A DNA stretch of 33,498 bases from a virus (lineage: Duplodnaviria; Caudoviricetes): the IMG/VR virus record IMGVR_UViG_3300017700_000439, positions 1 through 33,498 of that record; one strand, 5' to 3'. The translations under genes and the position numbers were made by a program. How positions within the stretch are numbered: the first letter of the stretch is position 1; every line of letters begins with the position of its first letter. The notes under the pieces are model-generated. The model was given only the letters and a program-made list of their open reading frames with translations. It made no database searches and had not been told where the DNA came from. Positions 7,746-17,873 of this stretch are shown here, one piece after another.

Positions 7746-10700
7746 TAGAATCCTGCCGCCTCTCCCTCTCGGTTGCGCTTCTCGATCTCAGCGTAGTTGA
7801 TCTGGTTTTGCTGGCTCATGTTCTGGATGCCGAGACCTGTCAGCCAGTTCGTGAAGGCCATCGCAGGACCCCCCACCGGGTCTTTGTTACCCTGCGCGAT
7901 CTGGAACTGCGGGTCGAGTCCCTGCCCCTGAAGCAGCGAGACCAGTGAGCCAGTCACCGAGTTGCCGGTCAGGCGCGAGGCATGCCCGACACCGGGAATC
8001 TGACTGTCAATGTAGTCGCTGGTGTCGTTGATGCGCGCGCCCGTGCCGACCTGCCCCCCTGCGGCCAGCTCGAACGGTGCCCGGATGAAGGGCGATACCG
8101 AACCGAGCACACTGCGGAAGGCCTCATCTCCGAGATACTCGTTGAGAACGTCTACCGAGGCGATGCCGGGGTTGATCGCGTAGTACTTGCCGTCGATCTC
8201 GAATTGGGGGCCTGTGAGCTTGTTCGTCATGTAGCTCGGGAACATCTGGTCCTCGGGGAACGGGTTGGAAAGCGAGTCCGGGTTGACCCCCATCGCGACC
8301 GCGAGGTTGAAGCTCGCCTTCGGGAACGCCATCACGCGAGCAGGCTGGGTGAGCACCGATTCAAGAATGAGCGGGATCGCCTTGCGCTGCCACGAGTAGA
8401 ACGGGATGATGAGCCGGAATGCCTGCTCGCTCTTGGTGAGGTCTGAGCCATCAGGGTGCCACTTCCGCACGCTGTCCGAGGCAGCCGTGAGCAGGTGCTC
8501 CATGTTCTTGTACTTGGGGTCGCTGATGTGCTGTGTCAGGAACTGGATGCCATGTGCAAGGCGCACATAGTGGTCACGGGCTTCCGACACGCCCCCGATG
8601 ACCTGTGCGGCCTTCGTGTGGGTGATCGTGTCCCAGACACTCGTGAGCTTGCCGGTGCCCTGCCCATCCTGCTCGAAGTTCTCCAGCGTGCGGAAGCGGG
8701 GCAGGTTGCCGCGCGAGGCGAACTCGCTGTAGAGCTGGTCGTAGGTGAGCTTGCCATGCCTGCCCTCGATGGCCATCGCCCCGGCTCCGACAGGCTTGGC
8801 TCCCGCGCCCTGAATGGCTGAGATCGCATCCCAGTTCGTGTACCCGTTGCGAGTACCCATCGCGTGCATCGCCTTGAGGTACATATCCTTCGACCCCTTG
8901 GTGCCGAGCGTTAGGAAGGTCAGGCTCATGTCCGAGATCAGGTTGCGGACGTGGTGAGTGGGGTTCGGCAGCGTCATGCCGTACTTCCACATGTCGAGGG
9001 CAGGCTTGTAGACCTCCTTGACCACCTTGCCGAGAGTACCGTCGAGCTTCAGGGTGTCACGCATCAGCGAGTCCACAATAGCGAGCTGCCGGAGAATGCC
9101 GTCCTCGTAGTAGACGTTGGCGGGCATATACTTCGCGAGGATCGACTTACCGCCCTCATCAGTGATGCGCGAGTACCCCGGCTTCGGGACCTTACTTGAC
9201 AGTCGCATGTCAGTAGTGAGCTTCTGGAAAGCCTGTGCGATGGACTGGTCCGCGTTGACCTTGGCGAGACCGGTGTACATCCGATTCAGGAAGTCGGCAG
9301 GGTCCTTGATGTCCCACGTGCGCCACTGCTCAGCAGCTTCCTCCATCACCGTGCGCCCGGAGAGCTTGGCCGCCTCGGCTGCCTTGTCCGCGTCGAAGAG
9401 GTAGTCGCCGTTCTTGAAGTAGAACTCGATGACTGCATTGGCGTGGTGGATTGAGGCGTTGCTACGGAAGAAGGAATTGTCGATCAGGGCCGAGCGTCCC
9501 GTACCCCCGAAGATTTGACCAGCGATGTCAGCGAGGTCCGCTGCTGCCCCCGCCACAACAGGATCGGGGCTGAGTACACCCTTCTGGATCGACTGGAAGG
9601 CGAGAGCCAGTTCCTCCTGCGTGTGCTTGGCACTGAGGACGTTGAGCTTGTCCGTGCTCGTGGCCACAATGTCGCGGAACCAGTTTTCCGAGCGCACGAG
9701 ATCGCGATGGATCGCCACGTTGCCTGCCGTGCGCGAGAACACCGGAGCCAGCTTGGCCAATGCCCCCGTACCGATGAGCTGCTGGATGCGTTCACCGAAG
9801 TCCATCGTCTGGTCAGCGGCCTCCGTGAAGGTCTCCACGTTCAGGTCATCGAAGAGACGCTGATCGGCCTCGACACCAGCCCGCTGTACGTCATCGAGCA
9901 CCATCATGGGGTTCTTGGACTTGCTGGTCTTAGCCGTGGAGATCGCCGCCTTCGACGCCTTCACAGCAGCCGTCGCGATGAGCTTGTCAGCAGCAGGGAT
10001 TAGGGCCTCCGTCGCGGTACCCGCCATGTTGGTCGCCGTCTGGGTAGTGCCCCGCTCCGTCGCGAGCTTCTGCACGCGGGTCGAAGTGTCAGCCAGCTCT
10101 TCGAGGATGGAACCGTAGCCCTGTCGATTCGCAAACACGTCCTCCAGATGCTTGAGCTGGTTGTCGGTCATCTCGTAGGTCTCGGCCACGCGACGGGCAC
10201 CCAGCGACTGGGCGTTGTTCTCGACCACGTGCCTGAGTACGGGGGTCGCCTTCTCAATGAGGTCGGTCAGCCCGCGCACGAGCATCTCGCCGTCGATCTT
10301 CTCTCGACCAATAGTGCCGCCGAGCTTGTTGGTGATCGGCTTGACGAGGTTGTTCTCCATCGGCTTGAGCTTGCCCTCGCTTGACAGGTGCCGGGTCTCG
10401 GCCTGCCGGAGCATGGCCTCGATCTGCGTGCGGTCGCCCCCCTTGATGGCCGCAAACACGGCATCAAGCAGGTTGGTCGGGGGCACCGCTGTCGAGTAGT
10501 TCCAGAAGTAGGCCTGCATCCCCTTACGGTCGAGGTCATCGAGCACGTCGAGCACCTGCGACATTCCGAGAGGCACGCGATCCGGGCCGACACCGACAGT
10601 GAGGGGCACACCGTTCTCGTCGTACCAGCGCTCAGCGAGTCGGAGGGCCTGCTTCACATTGGTCCGTACTGCCTCGGCGCTCGCCCGCGCGTAAGTTACG

Positions 10701-12565
10701 CCCTGAGCCTTGGCCAGCTCACGGGCAGGGCTGAACATATCCTTGATGACGTTCCACTGGAAGTAGGTGTTGGCCTCGCGCATGTACCGGCCCCAGCCAT
10801 CGCCGTACAGCTCGTCGGTGCGGAGCGCGCCTGACTTCGACTGGAAGGGATAGCGCTCGGGCATCTTAGGCGTGACGATGTTGGCGTCGATGCCGCGCCG
10901 GATGCCGCTCTCGGCCATCTTCACGATGGGGTCGGTGGCGTCGTCGCCCATCTTGGCCACCAGCTCCGCGATGTTGTTGGCGGGGGCCTCCATATTGGGG
11001 ACGCCCTGCCACTTCCGCACGGAGAGCGGTACAGCCGCAGGGTCCATCCCGATCTCGCGCAGCATCTTCTCGGTGGGGGAGCTGAGTCGGCTCAGCGCGC
11101 TCACGTCGAGGGACTGATCGAGGATGCCGCGCATCTCTGACACTACGTTGTCAAAGTTGTTCGGATTCGTCATCTTCCGCAGGGCCTCGACAAGGGGCTT
11201 GCCCATCGACTGCACGAGAGCGCCCTCGTTCTCGGCCACCTGCCGCTTGAAGTTGCCGAGGCTGTTGAGTACGGTCTCCATGACCTCGGCCTTGGGCTTC
11301 TTCGGGGTGACTACTCGACCGAGCGCGTCAATGAGCTTGCCCTGCTGCTTCGCCTTAGCGAAGGCTGGGAGGTAGACGCTCTGGTGGAACTGCTGGAGGA
11401 CCCGGAGTGCTCCTGCGTTGCCCTTCTCGGCTTCGAGCAGCACGACAGGCAGCGGTGTGCGCTTGCCCGCGATGGTCAGCGCCGGGGCGTCCGACAGCTT
11501 CTCCAGCCTCTGCACGGCCTCAGTGACCTCAGCCACCCAGCCTGCCGATCCGACGACTCCCGAAGCCAATTCCGGGTTCGGGCCGAAGGTCAGGGGCTTG
11601 GCCGCCATCGGATCAGCCACCGAGCGCACGGCAGTCTTGAGCGTCATCGGGGTCAGGCCTTCGAGCGCGCCCTTCAGCGACTGGGCCTTGGGATTAGTGA
11701 GGACCTGACGCCGGATGTCGCGCTTGGCCACGTCAGCCGTGCGCTGGGCGACCATCGCCTCGAAGGTGGCATCGTCCATCGTGTCGAGCTGCTTGGCGTA
11801 GTCAGCGGCAAATGTGTCAGCAGCGTCCTTCTCCACGCGCAGGGCTGCCGCTTCCGTAGCCGAGGCCTTCGTGGGTGCCTTGATCTTGGCAGTCTCCTTG
11901 AGCAGGTCGTCCACAACGCTCTCGGCCTTCTGTCCAGCCTTGGCTCCCTGCACAATGGTCTCTGCGCCCGCGCGCACCCCCTCCGTGAGCAGCTTGCCAC
12001 CCTTGACGAGCTTCTTGCCTGCGCTGAGGATCATCCCACCGGGCACGTAGGTCAACGGGTCGGCTCCGACATCACCTACGAAACCTGCCACACCCTTGAG
12101 GAGGGGGTTCACGTTGTCCTGTACGTCCACGTAGTTGTCGGGGTCTATGAGTGCGCCCGCCGTGTCAGTGCCTTGTTCGATCAGGTCGCTCGTGTAGTGC
12201 TTGTCCTTCGTGTCCGTCGAGAACACACCACGGATCGGGGCAGCGAGCTGATCGACCGCCCCACCGAGTACGTCACCAATGCCCCCAAGCACATCACCGC
12301 TGTCGAACTTCTCACGGATGGCCGGACCCTTAGCAGCCTGATTGAAGCTTGCCGATACCATGTTCGTTACCCCGAAGAGGGGCCGCGAGATGATGTCCGT
12401 CAGCCAGCTCAGTGCATCCTGCGGCTCGTTGCTCTTCGTGGAGGCTCCACCAAAGTTGCTGAGCTGAGGGAGACCAGCGGAGGGGACGCTGGGAGTTGTG
12501 TAAGGACCCCCAGTGCCTCCTGTCGCTGAGTAGTAGTCGGAGAACGACTTAGGCTTGTCGGCCAC
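7745..12565 (-). CDS. large internal virion / DNA ejection protein (~1,606 aa)
   Basis: GTG at 12565 with AGGAGG RBS; Ala-rich helical; PTHHVRNL.SD and PFYSW.RK..P motifs recalled from podovirus core proteins; position after the nozzle gene. Confidence 0.65.
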   Translation of the reverse strand: MADKPKSFSDYYSATGGTGGPYTTPSVPSAGLPQLSNFGGASTKSNEPQDALSWLTDIISRPLFGVTNMVSASFNQAAKGPAIREKFDSGDVLGGIGDVLGGAVDQLAAPIRGVFSTDTKDKHYTSDLIEQGTDTAGALIDPDNYVDVQDNVNPLLKGVAGFVGDVGADPLTYVPGGMILSAGKKLVKGGKLLTEGVRAGAETIVQGAKAGQKAESVVDDLLKETAKIKAPTKASATEAAALRVEKDAADTFAADYAKQLDTMDDATFEAMVAQRTADVAKRDIRRQVLTNPKAQSLKGALEGLTPMTLKTAVRSVADPMAAKPLTFGPNPELASGVVGSAGWVAEVTEAVQRLEKLSDAPALTIAGKRTPLPVVLLEAEKGNAGALRVLQQFHQSVYLPAFAKAKQQGKLIDALGRVVTPKKPKAEVMETVLNSLGNFKRQVAENEGALVQSMGKPLVEALRKMTNPNNFDNVVSEMRGILDQSLDVSALSRLSSPTEKMLREIGMDPAAVPLSVRKWQGVPNMEAPANNIAELVAKMGDDATDPIVKMAESGIRRGIDANIVTPKMPERYPFQSKSGALRTDELYGDGWGRYMREANTYFQWNVIKDMFSPARELAKAQGVTYARASAEAVRTNVKQALRLAERWYDENGVPLTVGVGPDRVPLGMSQVLDVLDDLDRKGMQAYFWNYSTAVPPTNLLDAVFAAIKGGDRTQIEAMLRQAETRHLSSEGKLKPMENNLVKPITNKLGGTIGREKIDGEMLVRGLTDLIEKATPVLRHVVENNAQSLGARRVAETYEMTDNQLKHLEDVFANRQGYGSILEELADTSTRVQKLATERGTTQTATNMAGTATEALIPAADKLIATAAVKASKAAISTAKTSKSKNPMMVLDDVQRAGVEADQRLFDDLNVETFTEAADQTMDFGERIQQLIGTGALAKLAPVFSRTAGNVAIHRDLVRSENWFRDIVATSTDKLNVLSAKHTQEELALAFQSIQKGVLSPDPVVAGAAADLADIAGQIFGGTGRSALIDNSFFRSNASIHHANAVIEFYFKNGDYLFDADKAAEAAKLSGRTVMEEAAEQWRTWDIKDPADFLNRMYTGLAKVNADQSIAQAFQKLTTDMRLSSKVPKPGYSRITDEGGKSILAKYMPANVYYEDGILRQLAIVDSLMRDTLKLDGTLGKVVKEVYKPALDMWKYGMTLPNPTHHVRNLISDMSLTFLTLGTKGSKDMYLKAMHAMGTRNGYTNWDAISAIQGAGAKPVGAGAMAIEGRHGKLTYDQLYSEFASRGNLPRFRTLENFEQDGQGTGKLTSVWDTITHTKAAQVIGGVSEARDHYVRLAHGIQFLTQHISDPKYKNMEHLLTAASDSVRKWHPDGSDLTKSEQAFRLIIPFYSWQRKAIPLILESVLTQPARVMAFPKASFNLAVAMGVNPDSLSNPFPEDQMFPSYMTNKLTGPQFEIDGKYYAINPGIASVDVLNEYLGDEAFRSVLGSVSPFIRAPFELAAGGQVGTGARINDTSDYIDSQIPGVGHASRLTGNSVTGSLVSLLQGQGLDPQFQIAQGNKDPVGGPAMAFTNWLTGLGIQNMSQQNQINYAEIEKRNREGEAAGF

Positions 12566-12579
12566 TTGTCCTCCTACTG

Positions 12580-13746
12580 TCAAAACTTGCTGGCAAGACC
12601 CAGATTCTCAAGGAATGCCTTGTAGCTGTCGGCGTCGTCGCCTACACCTGCCTGCTGAGCGATCTGCTGCAACTGAGCATAGTTGGTCAGAGCGTCTGCG
12701 AGTGTCTTTTGCGACCCATTCGCCTTCGCCTCGTCCAGCTTGAGCTTGGCGACAGCGAGCTGGTTCTCAAAGTCCTGCTGGGCCGCCCGAGCCTGACCCG
12801 ATCCCGCTGAGTCGTCCATGCTCTTGAGCTGGAGGGCTGTCTGGAAGCGGCTCTGGTTGCCCGACACAGCATCCTGCTGCTCCTGCATCCCGATCTTGGC
12901 GAGGGACTCCGCAAGCCGCTGCTGCACAAGGGCGCGCTGAACGTTACCTTCAAGACCCGCCGCGTTGCCGATGCCGGTGTTGTAGTTCAGTGCCGACGCC
13001 TTGTTGGCTGTCCCCTGCTGAGTGGCTGCGAGACGATTCTGCTCGATGTTCGCGTTGGCTGCGCCCTGATCCCCAGCCGCAAAACCCCCGTTGGCTGCGA
13101 GCGTGCCTGCGGCCTCTCCAATGCCGAGAGCTTCGAGCTGCTTGGTCTGAGCAGCGCGAGCTGCGTCATAGCCCTGATTCGTGACAGCCTGCGCCTGCTG
13201 AGCATTCTGGTTCTGGCCCGCCACAGCCGCGTCGTAGCTCTGGCCGATACCGGTAGCGTCCGCGTCAATGGAGCCACGGAGCTGGCGGTACATCGCATCA
13301 AGACGCGAGTCAGCACTGGAGGCGTTGCTGTGAAGCTGCTGCCTCATGGCCGAATAGTCCGGGGTGCCTCCGAGACCCAGCTCATTGGCCATTGCGAGGT
13401 AGTCCGCAAAAGTCATCTCCGGCTCAGCAGTCTGCGAGGCAGCCGCCTTCGCTCGATTGGCGTAGATTGCATCCTGCGCGGCACGCCCCGAAGCCTGATG
13501 CTGAGCAGCCCCGTACCCCGGAGTCCTATTCGGAGGAGAAACCGGAGCCTTGCCGAACACGTCCTCGCCTGCACGCGTAGTGTCAGGGGCACGGCTGGCG
13601 AGGAAGTCCCCGATGTTTGAGGCGGTGTTCCCAAGGCCTCGACCGATGTCTCCGAACAGGCCACTCAGCCCCGCGCCAAGGGCAGCAATGCCCTGTGGGT
13701 CATCACTGATCGGCTTAGCCGCCTTATTCACCGTCTTGACGGCCAT
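12580..13746 (-). CDS. putative internal virion protein
   Basis: 388 aa, Ala/Gln/Gly-rich helical, in the ejection-protein position. Confidence 0.6.
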   Translation of the reverse strand: MAVKTVNKAAKPISDDPQGIAALGAGLSGLFGDIGRGLGNTASNIGDFLASRAPDTTRAGEDVFGKAPVSPPNRTPGYGAAQHQASGRAAQDAIYANRAKAAASQTAEPEMTFADYLAMANELGLGGTPDYSAMRQQLHSNASSADSRLDAMYRQLRGSIDADATGIGQSYDAAVAGQNQNAQQAQAVTNQGYDAARAAQTKQLEALGIGEAAGTLAANGGFAAGDQGAANANIEQNRLAATQQGTANKASALNYNTGIGNAAGLEGNVQRALVQQRLAESLAKIGMQEQQDAVSGNQSRFQTALQLKSMDDSAGSGQARAAQQDFENQLAVAKLKLDEAKANGSQKTLADALTNYAQLQQIAQQAGVGDDADSYKAFLENLGLASKF

Positions 13747-13757
13747 GTGTCAACTCC

Positions 13758-14441
13758 TTAGACGATGGACGCGGCACGGCGCGCGAGCGCCTCTGCCCGA
13801 GCCTGCTGCTGCGACAGGGTGTTCTCGTTCTTGAACGACGACTGCTGTCGAGAGAGGTCATCGAAGAAACTCTGCTTGGCGGTGTTGATACCGCCGAGCT
13901 GGTCATTCAGCGAGCGGGTGAGATTGTCGTTGGCCGTCCCGTACAGACTCGACTGGAGCAGGCCTCGACCTGCAAAGTCGTTCTGCTGGTTCTGGAACGA
14001 CCGACCTGCTGCGGTGTTGAGGTCTCGGAAGTTCCATGCACCCTCGTTGACATCGGCAGTCGTCGGGTCATCCTGACCCCAGCCGAGTCCCTTGAGTGCG
14101 TCGTTGTAGTCCACGCCATATTTGGTCTGCTGGGCCGTGACATCCGTGTCGTAGTCCTGTGAGGCGCGAAGCAGGGCTGCGAGCTGAGCCTGAAATGCAG
14201 CGTCCCCGGAGAGCCAGTCGTCCTCACTCTGCTCGGGCATGGTCGGAAGCTGCTGCGAGGCTGCCCCCCCGCCCGAAGGAACACCGTTGACGAAGTTCGT
14301 CGGCGGAGCCGACACGCCCGCTGAACTCGTGATACCGAAGCCATCACGAGTAACCGTCTGGGGCTTGACCGTCGAGGGCACGGTAAACCGTTGTACGGGC
14401 GGCTTAGGAGCCGGAGTGTTCTCAAGTGGTGCTCGTGCCAT
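13758..14441 (-). CDS. putative internal virion protein
   Basis: 227 aa; FAGRGLLQSSLY motif and Gln-rich helices. Confidence 0.6.
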   Translation of the reverse strand: MARAPLENTPAPKPPVQRFTVPSTVKPQTVTRDGFGITSSAGVSAPPTNFVNGVPSGGGAASQQLPTMPEQSEDDWLSGDAAFQAQLAALLRASQDYDTDVTAQQTKYGVDYNDALKGLGWGQDDPTTADVNEGAWNFRDLNTAAGRSFQNQQNDFAGRGLLQSSLYGTANDNLTRSLNDQLGGINTAKQSFFDDLSRQQSSFKNENTLSQQQARAEALARRAASIV

Positions 14442-14653
14442 TAGTTTCTCCCTGCTCTACGGATGAGCGCTTCTCGTCGCGCTGCTGCCTCTGCATCTCG
14501 CTGGCCGTACCCCGGAGTGTAGCCAGTCTTGCCGATGTTAGGCATTGACCGACCGCCCCCGTACCGCTTTCGCCCAGCGGCATAGGGATTGAACCCAGCG
14601 CCCCCCTGCGGGGCAGCACCGGCTACGGCACTACGAAGCGGATTGATGGCCAT
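14441..14653 (-). CDS. small basic Gly/Arg-rich protein, probably a virion core component
   Basis: 70 aa, stop overlaps the next ATG; FNPYAAG.KRYGGG. Confidence 0.6.
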   Translation of the reverse strand: MAINPLRSAVAGAAPQGGAGFNPYAAGRKRYGGGRSMPNIGKTGYTPGYGQRDAEAAARREALIRRAGRN

Positions 14654-14666
14654 GACGCAAATCGTA

Positions 14667-16214
14667 CTACGTCACGGGCTTCGACACACGCTCCTTCGCC
14701 TTGACATACGTCATAAGGCTGAAGAGTCGGACAGGAGCCGTAGAGGTCGAACCATCACACTCGAAATCCACCTTGAAAGTGATCTGCCGAAATCGCAGGC
14801 TCTTCATGAACTTGACGAATTTACGGATCGACCCGGCCCCTGTCGTATCCCGCACTGTTTCGACTGCAAGGGTGCCCGAGATTGGCTGCGCCCATGTGAA
14901 GCTACGGAGCAGGCCCCACGTTGCACCCATTGTGCGGAGTTGGCCCCACGTCACCGTGTAGTTGAAGGTGATCGGGGTCGCGATGGCTACGACTTCCCCA
15001 CGGAACACCGCATCAACGCCCCACCAGAAGAGCCGCTTGTACGCCGAACTGACCTCGTAGTTGTAATTCTTTGTCTGAGCCACGCACCGCATAGCCTCAG
15101 CATCCGTGGTTACCCCATCGGTGACACGGAGCGTCTTGGCCACTCGACCGCCCCCGGCAGGCACCGCTGACGAGCTGTGGGTAATGGCTTCCTCGAAGCC
15201 GGACGACGATATACGAGGGATGATCTTGCCGATAGGTCCCCGGAGGGTAGAGCGCCAGCGGGTCCACGTGCGCGTCTTGAGGCTAAACACGTACATCGTG
15301 TCGTAGTAGCTGAAGATGATGCGGTTGTTGAATACCGAGACAGCGAAGTTCTTGTAGAGGCCCGTGCGCGTGATCGCTGTGAATGGCACCTTGACATTGA
15401 TCTGGGTGACCCGATTGTTGACGAACTCGTAGGCCTTGTCGTCGTACATGAAGTAGAGGTAGCTCTCGAAGGAGACGAGCGTGTCCTTGTCCGACAGTCC
15501 CACGCCGGGGATCACAAGGCTGGTTTGACCGGCTGCCGGGTCACTGGTGTACTGGAAGCTATAGACCGAATCGGTGCGGAACACGAGCAACGAGTTGTAG
15601 TAGACCTTGAGCTGGACGATGTTCTGGCCGTCACCTGCCCCCACGTCGATGAAGTCCGGCACCACCTTCCAGAATGGCGTGGTGCCGAGGACCTCGGAGA
15701 AATAAAGCCGGGTGCCATTGACCGTCGCATCGCGACCGGCTGCCACCCAGAGTCGGTACTTGTTGGCCACGATCACGTCGCCCTTGGGCATATTGGTATC
15801 GGCCACGAAGCCGCCCGAGGGCGTCCAGTAGCCTCCGGGGTTGGCTGCTCCGACAGGTGCCACGAGCCACGCCTTGCTGTCGAACTGGACCATCGAGCTG
15901 GCCGCAATGGTGTTCGTCAGGAGCACCCAGTTGGTGCCCGTGAAGTAGTAGGTCGAGTTGAGGCCGTCGCTGGCGAGCAGGTAGGGTACGCCACCGGCAG
16001 CGAAGTACTCCCCGAGCAGCAGCATGTTGCCGGTCGCACCGAGGGGGAAGTTGATGCCGAGGTCTACGAAGGGCGGGCGCGACTTCAGGGACCCATCGAG
16101 GTCCAGCTCGAAGTTGAGGCACTCGACCAGCTCGTTGTCGGCTACTGCCGTGGGGTCGCTGAAGGTGTTGAGGCCGCCGATGAACGGCCCGACCTGAATC
16201 GCGTCTCCGGGCAT
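14667..16214 (-). CDS. tail nozzle / tail tubular B-like beta-propeller protein
   Basis: F.GGLN...D......N......G.LK.R N-terminus, beta-rich repeats (RLYFSE, LLVF.TDSVY); follows the adaptor. Confidence 0.7.
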   Translation of the reverse strand: MPGDAIQVGPFIGGLNTFSDPTAVADNELVECLNFELDLDGSLKSRPPFVDLGINFPLGATGNMLLLGEYFAAGGVPYLLASDGLNSTYYFTGTNWVLLTNTIAASSMVQFDSKAWLVAPVGAANPGGYWTPSGGFVADTNMPKGDVIVANKYRLWVAAGRDATVNGTRLYFSEVLGTTPFWKVVPDFIDVGAGDGQNIVQLKVYYNSLLVFRTDSVYSFQYTSDPAAGQTSLVIPGVGLSDKDTLVSFESYLYFMYDDKAYEFVNNRVTQINVKVPFTAITRTGLYKNFAVSVFNNRIIFSYYDTMYVFSLKTRTWTRWRSTLRGPIGKIIPRISSSGFEEAITHSSSAVPAGGGRVAKTLRVTDGVTTDAEAMRCVAQTKNYNYEVSSAYKRLFWWGVDAVFRGEVVAIATPITFNYTVTWGQLRTMGATWGLLRSFTWAQPISGTLAVETVRDTTGAGSIRKFVKFMKSLRFRQITFKVDFECDGSTSTAPVRLFSLMTYVKAKERVSKPVT

Positions 16215-16227
16215 TGACAGCTCCTAG

Positions 16228-16872
16228 TCAAAAATCGTAAACCGTGATGGTCGAGTAGGTCATGTTCTGAGCGGTACGCTCTTCCTCGGCCATCTCACCG
16301 ATGTTGGCGTCAAGCTGCTGGGCCTTAGCCTGCGAGGCGTTCCAATCCTCGTCCATCTCGTAGGCCTGCTGGAGCACGTACTGGACGATGGCCTGAAAGT
16401 ACTTGTCAGGCAGGGGGATAACATCGGTCGTCGCTACCACGGGCACCGGGCGCTGCGTGAAGTACAGCGTGATGTTCTCGACAGTGGCGGGCTTAGGCCA
16501 GAAGCTGAACTTGCCTCCCCACTCATACCAGAGGTAGGGCACGCCCTGATCGTTGATCTGGCTGGCCGTGTTGATGATCTCTTCCTCGGCCTGCGCGAAG
16601 GGCATGTTGGGCAGACGTGATCCGGCGTAGTGCAAAGACTCGATCTGGAGGATGCGGTCGCTCGGGAAGGTGTAGTCCTGCTGGCCTGCAACAGAGACCG
16701 TCGTGCTCGTGGCCTTCAGCACCTTGTTGCGCCGGTTGATCTCGTCGGCAGCATCGTTGATCCACCGGATGATGTCAGCCGTTTCGAGCTGCACGCCGGA
16801 CTCGTCACCGAACTGCCGGGTCACCGACTGAAGGACCTCCTGCACGGTCCTCACCGAGGGGCTGTACGCCAT
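16228..16872 (-). CDS. head-tail adaptor (tail tubular A-like)
   Basis: IIRWINDAA.EI, GQQDYTFP, WPKP, LPDKYFQAIVQY motifs. Confidence 0.75.
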   Translation of the reverse strand: MAYSPSVRTVQEVLQSVTRQFGDESGVQLETADIIRWINDAADEINRRNKVLKATSTTVSVAGQQDYTFPSDRILQIESLHYAGSRLPNMPFAQAEEEIINTASQINDQGVPYLWYEWGGKFSFWPKPATVENITLYFTQRPVPVVATTDVIPLPDKYFQAIVQYVLQQAYEMDEDWNASQAKAQQLDANIGEMAEEERTAQNMTYSTITVYDF

Positions 16873-16881
16873 GATGCTCTC

Positions 16882-17340
16882 CTAGTAGTTGCTGACGACC
16901 ACGCCGTCGATGTTCATCTTGTTGAGCGGCGACTTGGCGATGAACTCGTACTTGTCCATCTCTTCCTCGCGGTAGTCCATCTCAGCCTTGATCGCGAGCG
17001 CCTTCTCGGCACGCTCCCGAGCCTCGATCCGGCTGAACACGTCGCTAGGACGGTGCCGGGTGAGGTCGCCCTCGAACACCCACGCGAGGACCTCCTGCGT
17101 GTTGTCGATCTCGGCAGTGGTCAGGTAGCGCACGATGTACGGGCGCTTGCCGGGGCTGCTGTCGAGGATCGCGAACGGCTTGGTGTCCGTCTCGGTGCGC
17201 TGAGCAGGCGGGATGAATACGAGGCTGAAGTACGGGTTGTAGTCATGCAGGACCTCAGCAAGCTGCTGGTGCTTGGTCGAGATGAAGCAGTTGAGGTCCG
17301 AGTTCCAGACGTGGCTGTTCTGGTGAAGGTGAGTGTCCAT
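16882..17340 (-). CDS. hypothetical protein
   Basis: Phage-like codon usage from ATG 17340 (or 17349); the longer ORF start overlaps the upstream gene. Confidence 0.7.
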   Translation of the reverse strand: MDTHLHQNSHVWNSDLNCFISTKHQQLAEVLHDYNPYFSLVFIPPAQRTETDTKPFAILDSSPGKRPYIVRYLTTAEIDNTQEVLAWVFEGDLTRHRPSDVFSRIEARERAEKALAIKAEMDYREEEMDKYEFIAKSPLNKMNIDGVVVSNY

Positions 17341-17359
17341 GCCGTCCATGCGGACCAGC

Positions 17360-17791
17360 TTAGACGTATGTGGCCGACAGGATGCAGCCCGCGCCGACTG
17401 TCGTTGCGTCCGTGACTGGAGCCGCCCCAGTGATTGCCAGCCCGACACCCAGCGCGAACCGCTTGCCCACGTTGCCGAACTCGATAGAAAGGAAGGAGTT
17501 GGCCGCCACCGGGATCACGACAAGGGGGATGTCGGTGGCGAGCACAGGAGCGGTCGCTTTGTTGTAGAGCTTGACGAAGATGGGTGAGGCGCTCAGGTTC
17601 GAGACGGTCAGCTCCTGAAGAGCGGTAGAGCCTGCTCGCCATGCAGCGAGATTCGTGTCGGCAGTACTAACTCGAAGCAGAGGCACTCCCGCAGGGAGGG
17701 TAACGGGCTGAGGCTGCAAGGTGCCGCCTGCATTTACTTGGGCGTTGACCTGCTTCTGCTTGAGGTCAGCGACGGACTCACCGAGTGGCAT
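17360..17791 (-). CDS. beta-rich protein, possible capsid decoration/spike
   Basis: 143 aa immediately after the capsid gene; TAAGGAG RBS; all-beta pattern (FVKLYNKATAP). Function inferred. Confidence 0.55.
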   Translation of the reverse strand: MPLGESVADLKQKQVNAQVNAGGTLQPQPVTLPAGVPLLRVSTADTNLAAWRAGSTALQELTVSNLSASPIFVKLYNKATAPVLATDIPLVVIPVAANSFLSIEFGNVGKRFALGVGLAITGAAPVTDATTVGAGCILSATYV

Positions 17792-17823
17792 TTTGACTCC
17801 TTATTGTCAATAAAAGGCTATGG

Positions 17824-17858
17824 AAAAGGGGCCAGCCGATTACTCGACCGGCCCCTTC
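17824..17858 (-). terminator. intrinsic terminator after the major capsid gene
   Basis: AAGGGGCCGGTCGA-GTAA-TCGGCTGGCCCCTT followed by Ts on the - strand. Confidence 0.85.
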
Positions 17859-17873
17859 GGCTCCCCCTCGGAC

